Assembly (NCBI GenBank): GCA_963932905.1
Contig: CAWVRN010000002.1
Coordinates: 224,001 to 288,000 of the forward strand
Length of the DNA stretch: 64,000 nucleotides
Origin: an uncultured Bdellovibrio sp.
GTDB taxonomy: Bacteria; Bdellovibrionota; Bdellovibrionia; Bdellovibrionales; Bdellovibrionaceae
Direction: 5' to 3'
A model generated the notes under the pieces. The model made no database searches and was not told the DNA's origin. It saw only the letters and a list, made by a program, of their open reading frames with translations. The position numbers and the translations under genes are program-made. This document shows positions 39,040 through 47,869 of this stretch, in pieces (the stretch's first letter is position 1; every line of letters starts with the position of its first letter).

Positions 39040-40503
39040 ATGTTTGGTAACAAAACTACAATTACCTACGTGATAGTGCTGTTCAGCTTAAACATATTTT
39101 TTTTTGAAAATTCTTTTGCGCGAACCTCCCGAGAAGTGGTTAATGATAAATTTGAAAACGTTGGACTCATTCACAATCGCGGAAAAAATGTATGCACTGG
39201 AACAATCATAAAACATGGAGTTATTTTAACTGCAAAACATTGTTTTGGATCCCGTGAAGTTGGAGAACTTGGCGCAAGTCATCTTTCTGTCTCATTTATC
39301 TCTGCGAGATACCCACTAACAAAAGCTTTCTTAATTAATGGAAATGACATTAAAAGAATTGTTCCCGATACCGGAAACAATGATATAGCCTACATGCTCT
39401 ATGAACCCAAGGCTACTGAAGAAAAAATAGATTTAGTCGTTAGTCAGATTCAGCTTTCTGTTCCAAGTAAAGGAATGCCAGCCTTGATCATCGGCTATCC
39501 AACTCAAACCAATAACCCCGAACATTTATCAAAAATTATTTCAAGAAATTGCTCTTTTGACGGAGTTTCTTCTGAATACACCCAGATGGTTCTATCAAAT
39601 CAATATCACGGCAGACTCTACCAAACTTCCTGTGCCGGTTTTTATGGAAACTCAGGAGGACCAGTCATTATTCGTGACAATTTAAATCGTCTCAAGCTTA
39701 TTGGCGTCGTTGCACATACTTTTTCGGTTGATTCATTCGGCCAGATTCTCGAAAAGAGAATTGAAACAGATCCCTTCGGTCAATACATCGCCGATGCAAA
39801 TGTGTCTTTGCTTTCTGATGCAAAATCACTTTCTAATGTTTTATCCCTCGACATCACGAAAATTCATAACAACGCACTACTGAGTGATGAATTGACTCAA
39901 TTAGGCCCTCTCAGAGAATACAGATCATTTGATTTAGATTCGGATGCTTTTTCATTCTTTTATCCTCAGTTAAAAAAACCTGCATTAGATGAGTCTTTTG
40001 AAACCCAATCTGTTGAAAAAATCTTTCGACGGCGAAGCGAGTACGGTGATGCGAATTTAAACTGTTCCTCACAGTTTAACAGAGTTAAAGTTGCATTTGA
40101 TAACATTATTAAGAAGAACAAGCTGGAATCCAAATTCTCTGACGAAAATTTTTACGTAGCTTTGTCTTGCAACGGCCTGGGACCAGACGCCAACTATAGC
40201 TTTGGAGTTTTATTTCTAACTGGAGAAATCGTAAATCTTATGGATACCGACGGAAAATTAACTTGCTTGATTTCACACGAGTTGAGCCATCGTCTACTGA
40301 AACATGATCGTATTCGAGTTGGGCAAGCCCAGCAAGAGCTAGATGCGGACGCTCTGGCTACAATTTTAACGGTTCGCAGTGGCTATCGCAAACAAGACTG
40401 CCGTGATTTTGTTGGCGAGACTTCAGTTTTTGATGCTCACTTAGACGGGTATCCATCAAGCTTTGAAAGGCTGCTAAATATTAATAGGATGATTTTTCCT
40501 TAG
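39040..40503 (+). CDS. Secreted fusion of trypsin-like (S1) serine protease and M48-like zinc metallopeptidase
   Basis: Signal peptide; TAKHC, DIAY, GNSGGP; then HELSH..ELDAD; AAGGAG SD. Confidence 0.78.
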   Translation: MFGNKTTITYVIVLFSLNIFFFENSFARTSREVVNDKFENVGLIHNRGKNVCTGTIIKHGVILTAKHCFGSREVGELGASHLSVSFISARYPLTKAFLINGNDIKRIVPDTGNNDIAYMLYEPKATEEKIDLVVSQIQLSVPSKGMPALIIGYPTQTNNPEHLSKIISRNCSFDGVSSEYTQMVLSNQYHGRLYQTSCAGFYGNSGGPVIIRDNLNRLKLIGVVAHTFSVDSFGQILEKRIETDPFGQYIADANVSLLSDAKSLSNVLSLDITKIHNNALLSDELTQLGPLREYRSFDLDSDAFSFFYPQLKKPALDESFETQSVEKIFRRRSEYGDANLNCSSQFNRVKVAFDNIIKKNKLESKFSDENFYVALSCNGLGPDANYSFGVLFLTGEIVNLMDTDGKLTCLISHELSHRLLKHDRIRVGQAQQELDADALATILTVRSGYRKQDCRDFVGETSVFDAHLDGYPSSFERLLNINRMIFP

Positions 40504-40542
40504 CTTAAACCCCTGGCTATTTTCCAGAGTCGCTTTCGCTAC

Positions 40543-40686
40543 CTGAGCTTTTATGACCAGACGATGCAGGAATAGTTCCAACGTTTAAGCCAATTAGTGC
40601 TATTGAAGATTGGCCAATATTTGCATGAGGCCTGGCTCCACATATCAATAAGATCTTTCCGCGAAAGTCTGGTAACGAAAGCTCAG
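40543..40686. repeat. Imperfect inverted repeat between the two convergent cargo genes
   Basis: CTGAGCTTTTATGACCAGAC (40543-40562) vs reverse complement of 40667-40686, 17/20 identical; central palindrome ATTGGCCAAT at 40609-40618. Confidence 0.75.
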
Positions 40687-40722
40687 TCGACGACTACAAC
40701 TAAGCATTCAAAACTTAGGGTT

Positions 40723-41025
40723 TTAGGGGCACTGAACAGCATAAAGCTTTTGCGGATTTTCGTTTAGAGGAAGGCGCAAAGAATTACCAACCTTGTATTG
40801 ATCTGAAAAAGGATATTTCTCGCTTAAGATGATCTCGGCACCAAGACTACCTTTTGCAGGGTTAATTATTTTGTAGGTAACACCCATTTCCTCGTCTTTT
40901 ACGCAGCCACCAATTTTAAAGATAGTCTCAGCATTAGTTCCTACTGTTTGCTGAATGTAGTGGTTCAAAGTGAAATAGGTAACAGCGACGAGAACAATCA
41001 ATCCGATTATGATTTTTTTCAGCAT
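40723..41025 (-). CDS. Small membrane-anchored/secreted hypothetical protein with two Cys
   Basis: ATG 41025 (MLKKIIIG), N-terminal TM, GGC...QCP. Confidence 0.65.
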   Translation of the reverse strand: MLKKIIIGLIVLVAVTYFTLNHYIQQTVGTNAETIFKIGGCVKDEEMGVTYKIINPAKGSLGAEIILSEKYPFSDQYKVGNSLRLPLNENPQKLYAVQCP

Positions 41026-41066
41026 GTCTAAATGTATAATCAAGATTTAAATCTGTCCAGTAATCC

Positions 41067-41171
41067 AATACTTTTATACGCTACTTGGTCATGCACCACT
41101 TAGCTTTTTGTGGCGCTTCCTAGGAAAGAACGGCGAAGCTCCAAACCTCGCCTCTCGTTTCTAGAAGTGCC
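41067..41171 (-). repeat. 105-bp element, copy B
   Basis: Reverse complement of 38802-38906 with one mismatch. Confidence 0.97.
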
Positions 41172-41301
41172 CTATTCTTAGACGCAGTTACGGGAACTAA
41201 TGAAACTTAATGCCCATTATTTCTGGCTGTCTGATGAAACAGAAACCTATTGTCGGTAGTGTCGGATCGAATTTAAATTTCTGCACTACTTACGATAGGC
41301 A

Positions 41302-42885
41302 CTACTTAAGAAGTCCTTGTGCTAACAATTTCTTATAAAGCGCGCTATTTAATCCGTAATAGTCATCAAAGAACTGAATTTTATTTCCTGATTCCGCTAC
41401 CGTGAGGCTCACGATGTATATCGTTAACGGTTTGCTTAAACGAATTCCTGTGTCTTTTTCTATTTTCTGTCCTGGCTTTGCAACCGTCGCATCGATCTTT
41501 GCTCGTGTCCAAGTCGTACCCTTTAGAAGGTATTCGGCGAAATCCAGTGGTTTTTCTAAACGTACGCAACCAGAGCTTAATAGACGGTAGTTATTCTTAA
41601 ACAGATGACGATCGCCCGTATCATGCAAATAAATCGAATATCTATTTGTCATTGGGAACTTAACTACGCCCAAAGCATTGTCATAGCTTGGTTGCTGCAC
41701 GATTTGAAAATCGATGTTGTTGCGACTGACATTCGCCCAATCGATACTAGCGGGATCAACTTCCTGATCTGTCTTTAAATTGATAATTTTATAACCGTGT
41801 TGTTTTAGGTAGCCTGGATTTTTCTTCAAGATAGGAAGCTTATCTTTAAAGAAGATATTCATCGTCGCGGTCCACGTTGGATTCAAAATAACCGATTGGA
41901 CTTTGTCTTTCATTAACGGAGTTCTGCGGCTAGTTTGGCCACCGATAGCTTTAAACTGCATGATATAATCATTAGAGTTAATATCAGCGTCTTGCACATA
42001 AAACATTTGATTCGCTATATTGGCAATCGCATGTCTTGATTCAAGGACATCAGACATCCAGCGAACTTTTTCAAGGTTCAATTCAGTTTCGCGGACGCGA
42101 CTGCGTATTTCTGAATTGATCAAGCGCCATGTTTTTGAATCTTTACTTAAGCCTTTTTCAAATGGAACAGACAGATCCAATTGAATATTTTTTAAAACAG
42201 CATCAAATTCAGAGTCATACAGTGGGCTTTCATTAGAAATTCCGTACCCAAGCAAATTCAGCTTGGCCTTAATCGCCGCTACGGATGAATGAGATTGGCC
42301 AAATAGTATTGTATTGGTCGGTTTTTCAACAGTTACCCAAAGATTTCTATCTTCTATGTCGCTCAGGCGAGCGAGAACTTTTCTTAAGCCAGAATAAAAT
42401 TTATTTTTTGGAGCCACTTGATTGTACAAGTTTGCGAATGTCGCTGCAGAAACCGTCGTTAGTAAATTCCATTGAGTGAATGCTTTTGGTTCGTACTTAA
42501 CATCGTCATTGATTTTTCGAGGATCAATTCTACCACCGACTGTGTGAATGATTGATTTTAAAAGATTCTCAGCGACGAATAATTCAGTTTTTAAATCTGT
42601 TGGGCCATTTTGTTTAACAAGTTCAGTTATGTTCTGAAATTGGTAATCACCGGCGCTTAGGCCATGCGATTTAATAGCTGTTCGAATCGCCTCTAGGTCG
42701 CCCAAAGAAATGGCCCACTGTCCGTTGCGTGCAAAGATCGGTTCGAAATTTCTATTTTGATAAGTTTTTTTCAAATAGGTCGGCGCCGTTGGTGTTGTGG
42801 CGAAATAATTATTTAATTCTACGGCGGTCTGTGCGAATACGAAAGAACTTAATGCCGTGATGGCGATAAAAAGGCGTACTAACAT
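41302..42885 (-). CDS. L,D-transpeptidase (YcbB/LdtD-like) with scaffold and PG-binding domains
   Basis: NPTW, NALGVVKF, IYLHDT...SSGCVRL. Confidence 0.9.
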   Translation of the reverse strand: MLVRLFIAITALSSFVFAQTAVELNNYFATTPTAPTYLKKTYQNRNFEPIFARNGQWAISLGDLEAIRTAIKSHGLSAGDYQFQNITELVKQNGPTDLKTELFVAENLLKSIIHTVGGRIDPRKINDDVKYEPKAFTQWNLLTTVSAATFANLYNQVAPKNKFYSGLRKVLARLSDIEDRNLWVTVEKPTNTILFGQSHSSVAAIKAKLNLLGYGISNESPLYDSEFDAVLKNIQLDLSVPFEKGLSKDSKTWRLINSEIRSRVRETELNLEKVRWMSDVLESRHAIANIANQMFYVQDADINSNDYIMQFKAIGGQTSRRTPLMKDKVQSVILNPTWTATMNIFFKDKLPILKKNPGYLKQHGYKIINLKTDQEVDPASIDWANVSRNNIDFQIVQQPSYDNALGVVKFPMTNRYSIYLHDTGDRHLFKNNYRLLSSGCVRLEKPLDFAEYLLKGTTWTRAKIDATVAKPGQKIEKDTGIRLSKPLTIYIVSLTVAESGNKIQFFDDYYGLNSALYKKLLAQGLLK

Positions 42886-42887
42886 AC

Positions 42888-43175
42888 CTATTCCGCCTTC
42901 AAGACGTTAAGTTTGTTGTCCGTCGTAATCTTGATAATAGTCTTTTGACTTTGGCTTTTTGAAAGTACGGAAAGAACCGCTTCAAAATTTGGAGCTTTGT
43001 TATCTAAATACAAAACTTGAGACGCATTTTTTAAAACGATGATTTTTCCATCGTCGTCTTCTTTGATTTTTAGAACAGTATCCGTAACAAGCGATGCTAA
43101 GTTATTAGCAAGCGCATCTGAAATGCCGAAGAAGAAGATAATCAACATCGAAATGGCAAATAAAAAATATTTCAT
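42888..43175 (-). CDS. Small secreted hypothetical protein coupled to the LDT gene
   Basis: Signal peptide (..ALA); stop 2 bp before the LDT start. Confidence 0.65.
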   Translation of the reverse strand: MKYFLFAISMLIIFFFGISDALANNLASLVTDTVLKIKEDDDGKIIVLKNASQVLYLDNKAPNFEAVLSVLSKSQSQKTIIKITTDNKLNVLKAE

Positions 43176-43250
43176 AGTGACCCCAATTTGGAGTCACATA
43201 TAGCGCGAACTTTAAATTAATTGTATTACGGAATCACGGGTTGGAAAAAA

Positions 43251-45128
43251 TTACTTAAGGATAATTAGTTTGCGAATCACACATTTACGGATATCCCCAA
43301 GCAATTTAGTCATTTCTGGGCTTTCGAATTCTTCCTGTAACACCCTTGGTTTTAATACTGTGATCACGTCATGAATTTGAATGGCCTTCGACTTTTGAGT
43401 TACCTTTCGGTCAAAGGCAATCCAAGGCGATTTAAACCCGCAGCTCAGCTTATTTGTGCCTTGGCTAGAGGCATCTTTGAACGAAATGATATATTCAGAA
43501 ACCCTTGGGTAACTAAGTCCCAGGTCAGTGAATCTTTTATCCACTCGATCAGCGATTTGCGATAGGGCCTGGTTTTCCCATAAAAGAAACCCTACACCCT
43601 GATTGGATTCATAGAAGGCATTCATTTCTTTGAATTCGTAGCTGAATTCAAGGTCGCGTGTGATCCGCGACATCAACGAAAATGGTGTGAATTTTACATC
43701 CGTGACTGTTTTCACATTGCTTGCTGTCCATTCAAGTAAACGGAATTGAAGGGAATCCAAAGACGACCGCAGTTGATCTCCGGTCCATTCCGTCGCGGCA
43801 ACTCCTGACAAATTCAGTTTAGTTTTGACGTGGACATACGGTTTTTTTACGTCGGCGTATTCAACTTGAATGACAGTGCGATTCTTTTTGTAGTCTGTAG
43901 GAGGAATGTCTTTTTCGCGCGGATTTTCAGGGTCTAAAAGGACGGCTACGCGACCGGAAATATCAGGCAGTGGTTCTTTAGTGAAAACCATGCTATTCGT
44001 TGCATCTAGCCAGCGGGGCTTGCCTTGAATTTCAACGTACGTGATGGCGTGATTTTGAACTTTTGTGCTTGGTAATTTTGGATTTTCAAACTGCATGTTA
44101 TCGCCGCGATAGACCCAAGCGACATAACTTTTGTAGCCCAGTTTTCTAAGTATGGCGGCAAGTGATGCTGAATAGTCTTTGCAATCGCCGTAACCGCTGC
44201 GAGCAATTTCAGCTAGTGGGCGAGGTATCATCGCGCCTTTTACACTGCGCCAGTCACCCAAATATCGAATGTGAGTTTGCAGGCGATCAATAATGAGTTC
44301 CATACGGTCCTCATCGCTTTTCAGTTTTTTTGCATCTTGATAAATCTTCTCGTGCATTTCGGGTAATGGTTCATTCAAAACAAGTTCATGGCTGGTCGTG
44401 ATAGACTTCATCATTTCCTTCGACCACGTTTTTTCGGACGATATTTCAATATGTGGGACAAGTCGTCGAGTTAAATAGGAATCTTTTTCTTCCACTGGGT
44501 TAATGTAAATTGGCTTTTTCTGACTGACATTAATATAGAATTTGCCCTTTTCTGTTTTGGCTTCTACGGCCAAGGAATCTATCTTGTCGCTGATGCTGTA
44601 AAATATCGGCATTTCGCTTTCGATGTATAGATTTTGCTTAATCGAATTCTCGCGCCAACCAAAATATTCAATTGTTCCAAAATAGTTATCAACCGACAGA
44701 GTGTGGGTTTCCATGTTCATTTTAAAATACAGTACTGATCCGACTTGAACGTTAGGAAAGGCTATAGAAACTTGGTTGTCGTTATCGAAGCCGTCTTTGC
44801 TGGACGCCAGGGGCTTATCTTCAATGGAATTGCTTTCGACTTTAGAAATGGAATCCCCATTTTTGGTATACGCTTCGATGCTAGTGATTTTTGATAAATA
44901 TGGTGGATAGGTAAATTTGTAGAAACCAAATTCGCGTCGGCCGGTTTCATTTAGAATTTCAACTTCAAATTCGGAAACACTTTTGTAATGGCCGCTCTTT
45001 TTAACTTGATAGTATTGATTCACTTGAAGAAATTTATGACTGGCTTCTTCGGGTCGCTGTAGCCGGGCTTTTGCCGAAGGTGAGAAAATAAATATCAGTA
45101 ATAGGGTAAGAGCAATCAAATGTTTCAT
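43251..45128 (-). CDS. DUF3857 + transglutaminase-like domain protein
   Basis: AFPNVQVGS, IRY, GDCKD, NHAI, WLDAT. Confidence 0.85.
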   Translation of the reverse strand: MKHLIALTLLLIFIFSPSAKARLQRPEEASHKFLQVNQYYQVKKSGHYKSVSEFEVEILNETGRREFGFYKFTYPPYLSKITSIEAYTKNGDSISKVESNSIEDKPLASSKDGFDNDNQVSIAFPNVQVGSVLYFKMNMETHTLSVDNYFGTIEYFGWRENSIKQNLYIESEMPIFYSISDKIDSLAVEAKTEKGKFYINVSQKKPIYINPVEEKDSYLTRRLVPHIEISSEKTWSKEMMKSITTSHELVLNEPLPEMHEKIYQDAKKLKSDEDRMELIIDRLQTHIRYLGDWRSVKGAMIPRPLAEIARSGYGDCKDYSASLAAILRKLGYKSYVAWVYRGDNMQFENPKLPSTKVQNHAITYVEIQGKPRWLDATNSMVFTKEPLPDISGRVAVLLDPENPREKDIPPTDYKKNRTVIQVEYADVKKPYVHVKTKLNLSGVAATEWTGDQLRSSLDSLQFRLLEWTASNVKTVTDVKFTPFSLMSRITRDLEFSYEFKEMNAFYESNQGVGFLLWENQALSQIADRVDKRFTDLGLSYPRVSEYIISFKDASSQGTNKLSCGFKSPWIAFDRKVTQKSKAIQIHDVITVLKPRVLQEEFESPEMTKLLGDIRKCVIRKLIILK

Positions 45129-46186
45129 TGCGCGGCTCCTTTTTTCAGGTCAGCAACTAGATCTTTTAAGCCTTGAGATGGCTTTTCATGTGTTTCTAGT
45201 TTTTTTACCGTATTCATAAACTTCTCAAAATCTTTTCCGCATAACGTATATAGGTTTTCAAAATCACTCATATCTTGGAGGTATGTTTTATATACGATCA
45301 GACGAGCGTTATTTAAATCGATCGTATCGAATTTTGAATAGCTGTCGGTAATTAGTTTCGGTTTTACCTTTTCTGCAAAGTTAGTTTGGATTTCTTTAAA
45401 TCGAGACCGACGAAGTTCTTCTTTTTGTTCTTTCTGATCAGAATACCATTTTTCAACCGATTTAATTTCAGAAGTAATAAATTCTGAGAATTGTTTTTCA
45501 TCGATATTTTCGTTGCGGACCAATTTCAGCGTCTCCGAATTCTCGCCTTCCTTTTGTTGGTAGTATAGCTCCATCCCTTTATTTCCTAAGAACGTAGCAA
45601 GGCGTTCATTGAAATCTGCTTCGCTTTTGATAAACAAAGTCGCGTGGACAGATTCGTGGATAATTGTATTTACTAAATCGTGGTCTTTGTAGCGTAGCAT
45701 GCTGGAAAGTAGTGGATCTTTAAACCAACCGAGCGTCGAATACGCCGATACGCCACGTACATAGACATCAAAATTTTCAGCTTTTAACGATTCCGCTTCC
45801 TCTTTAGCATCAGCTTCAGCAAAAAAACCTTTGTACGGCATCTTGCCCACAATCGGAAAGCCCCATAAATGAGTTTCCAGTTTCCATTTAGGCGATGCGC
45901 TGACAACGTAACTTACATAAGGGCGATCTAATTTTACATAGGTAGAGTAATTCTTTTTAACATTGAGTTTTAATTTAGATTCAGCAAATTGCCTGACATC
46001 TTGAGATAATAAAAGTTTTTGTTTTTCGTTAGGTTCCAGCTTAGGGTCATTCAAAGCGTCTTCGATGGGAACTCGTTGATTCAGTAGGCTAAGCTGGTTG
46101 TAAGCACTTTTAGCAAGGTAGCCAATTTGGCAACTGGCCGTCATAAATCCAATAGCTAAAACAAATGTAATCTTTAGAGCATCCAT
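45125..46186 (-). CDS. Putative zinc aminopeptidase lipoprotein
   Basis: Lipobox TAS-C; AYSTLGWFKDP, IIHESVH, FNE. Confidence 0.85.
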   Translation of the reverse strand: MDALKITFVLAIGFMTASCQIGYLAKSAYNQLSLLNQRVPIEDALNDPKLEPNEKQKLLLSQDVRQFAESKLKLNVKKNYSTYVKLDRPYVSYVVSASPKWKLETHLWGFPIVGKMPYKGFFAEADAKEEAESLKAENFDVYVRGVSAYSTLGWFKDPLLSSMLRYKDHDLVNTIIHESVHATLFIKSEADFNERLATFLGNKGMELYYQQKEGENSETLKLVRNENIDEKQFSEFITSEIKSVEKWYSDQKEQKEELRRSRFKEIQTNFAEKVKPKLITDSYSKFDTIDLNNARLIVYKTYLQDMSDFENLYTLCGKDFEKFMNTVKKLETHEKPSQGLKDLVADLKKGAAQ

Positions 46187-46746
46187 GTAATACCAGCACG
46201 AATGGAACTATCCTCAACATTGGATTTGTTGCCATTAGAATCTTTGGATTCTGTCCGCCAGGCTTCGTAACTGAGTTTGATTCCAAATGATTCGGACAAC
46301 GCAAACTTAAGACCTGCACCATAACTGGGTGAGGTAGAATTGATAGGATCCGTGTCGTAAACAAATACGCCAGCATTTTTTGTTGTTAATGTTTTCTGGA
46401 TCTGGGCAATACCGCCCTTGATATAAGGCTGCACCATCGCTTTTCTATCTGCTAACATAAAGATTAACGACGAATCGTAGACAGCCATTTTTTGCAAAGA
46501 GGTTTGTTGCTGAAAACCGGTACCATTAAAAATAGTTTCTTCGCGAAGGATCGAAGCATCCGTATAACTTAACTCGACAGCCATTTTTTCCATAAAGTAG
46601 AAGGAGACGGATCCAGTGGTGGACTCTGTATTGTTATAATTCTGATTATTGTAGTAGGTTTTTTTCTGCGCGTAAGAAACGGAAACTTCTGTTAAAAACG
46701 CAAAACTTTTTAGACTCAAAAGTAGTAATAATATAAGTATACGCAT
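46174..46746 (-). CDS. Outer-membrane beta-barrel protein
   Basis: Start MRILILL with signal peptide; QPYIKGG, YGAGLKF, AGITWML. Confidence 0.7.
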   Translation of the reverse strand: MRILILLLLLSLKSFAFLTEVSVSYAQKKTYYNNQNYNNTESTTGSVSFYFMEKMAVELSYTDASILREETIFNGTGFQQQTSLQKMAVYDSSLIFMLADRKAMVQPYIKGGIAQIQKTLTTKNAGVFVYDTDPINSTSPSYGAGLKFALSESFGIKLSYEAWRTESKDSNGNKSNVEDSSIRAGITWML

Positions 46747-46830
46747 ACTTATATTGTATGCCCATTTTCCCGGAGCGTCTTTAAATTCCAGGTGGTCCAG
46801 GACCGAACACAGACCGAGATCCAAAGACCT

Positions 46831-47748
46831 TTAGCGAGCTAAAAAACTAGGATTGAAGAAAACGTGGAATGAGTAACGTAAGTGAATAAAACCATCACTT
46901 TGTATCATTTCTTTAGGTGGATTTGGAAACACTTTAGCGTCCTCAAATGCGCGTATAGACGACTGATCAAAAGGCCTCTGTCCCGATTCTTTTAGAAGAA
47001 TGGCTTTACGCAAATGCCCTTGGGGATCTATTAAAAACTCAATCTGAGTAATCCAAGTTTTCTTGGCGATATTTTGAATGACATTACGGCGATCAAACTG
47101 ATCGATCGCATTGCGAACATGGGTTTCCCAGCGATAGCGAACTAAATCCTCAACCCGCGCATAGAAAGTATAGAACTGGTATTGATCCGTATTCAGTGCC
47201 GTGAAATCACCGACAGAAACATCTTGTGGAAGCGATTCTCCAACTGTTGATCTCATATATTGTTCTTTAGGAAACAGCTCCACCGGTTTGTAATCTTCAT
47301 TATTTTTGCCACCGCGTTTTACAATCACATCGCCATCATTTTGCTCGGAAATAGATTGTAATTCCTGTTTGATTTTATTTTCTAATAGTTCACGTTGATA
47401 TTTAGGAATATTGCTATTTCGGTTTTGAGTTTTCCCGGTTTCTTTAGCTTGAGTTTCTAAAATCACGCGCTGACGTTTTTCTGACAGAAAACGAGCGGGA
47501 TCATAAACCTTGGTATCATCCTGCATACGTTCAGGGGCATCAGCTTGACGTACAATTTGTTGCTTGGGTTGTTTTTCTTGAAGAACGACTTCTAGTAATG
47601 ATGGTTTTTCTACCGGGACTTGACCCGAAGATGGTGGGGTAAAGCTAAGCAGGTAACTTTTAGGCACAAGCCATATAATCGCCACCAAAACTAAGTGGAA
47701 AATCAGGCTCAGAGCTAAGGCTAGGGGCAGGTACTGTTTCGCTCTCAT
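46831..47748 (-). CDS. TonB C-terminal domain protein (energy transducer-like)
   Basis: SLIFH TM motif; ESG..FDQS..AF...FPNPP C-terminal domain. Confidence 0.75.
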   Translation of the reverse strand: MRAKQYLPLALALSLIFHLVLVAIIWLVPKSYLLSFTPPSSGQVPVEKPSLLEVVLQEKQPKQQIVRQADAPERMQDDTKVYDPARFLSEKRQRVILETQAKETGKTQNRNSNIPKYQRELLENKIKQELQSISEQNDGDVIVKRGGKNNEDYKPVELFPKEQYMRSTVGESLPQDVSVGDFTALNTDQYQFYTFYARVEDLVRYRWETHVRNAIDQFDRRNVIQNIAKKTWITQIEFLIDPQGHLRKAILLKESGQRPFDQSSIRAFEDAKVFPNPPKEMIQSDGFIHLRYSFHVFFNPSFLAR

Positions 47749-47794
47749 TCGTCTCAATCTAGAACAATTTGGACCCGTTTTCCACTAAAATGGC

Positions 47795-47821
47795 TCAAGT
47801 TTGATACAAAAATGACGATGA
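47795..47821 (+). promoter_or_regulatory. Putative sigma28-type promoter of the PilZ gene
   Basis: TCAAG-N14-GACGATGA. Confidence 0.4.
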
Positions 47822-47869
47822 ATGATACAATAAATGAACATTTTATATGTGAGTAATCGGGGGTATCTT

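Noticed and set aside
40503..40590. Canonical integron attC site
   Set aside because: GCTTAAAC/GTTTAAGC ends deviate from RYYYAAC/GTTRRRY, there is no integrase, and the genes are convergent rather than a tandem array
38790..41185. Classical IS or composite transposon call
   Set aside because: No transposase in the window and the flanks (GAAGTAAT / CTATTCTT) show no direct target duplication
41221..41270. CTGATGA...GAAAC...GTC resembling a hammerhead ribozyme core
   Set aside because: No stem II, stem I arms do not pair, and the equivalent position in the other copy reads CCGATGC
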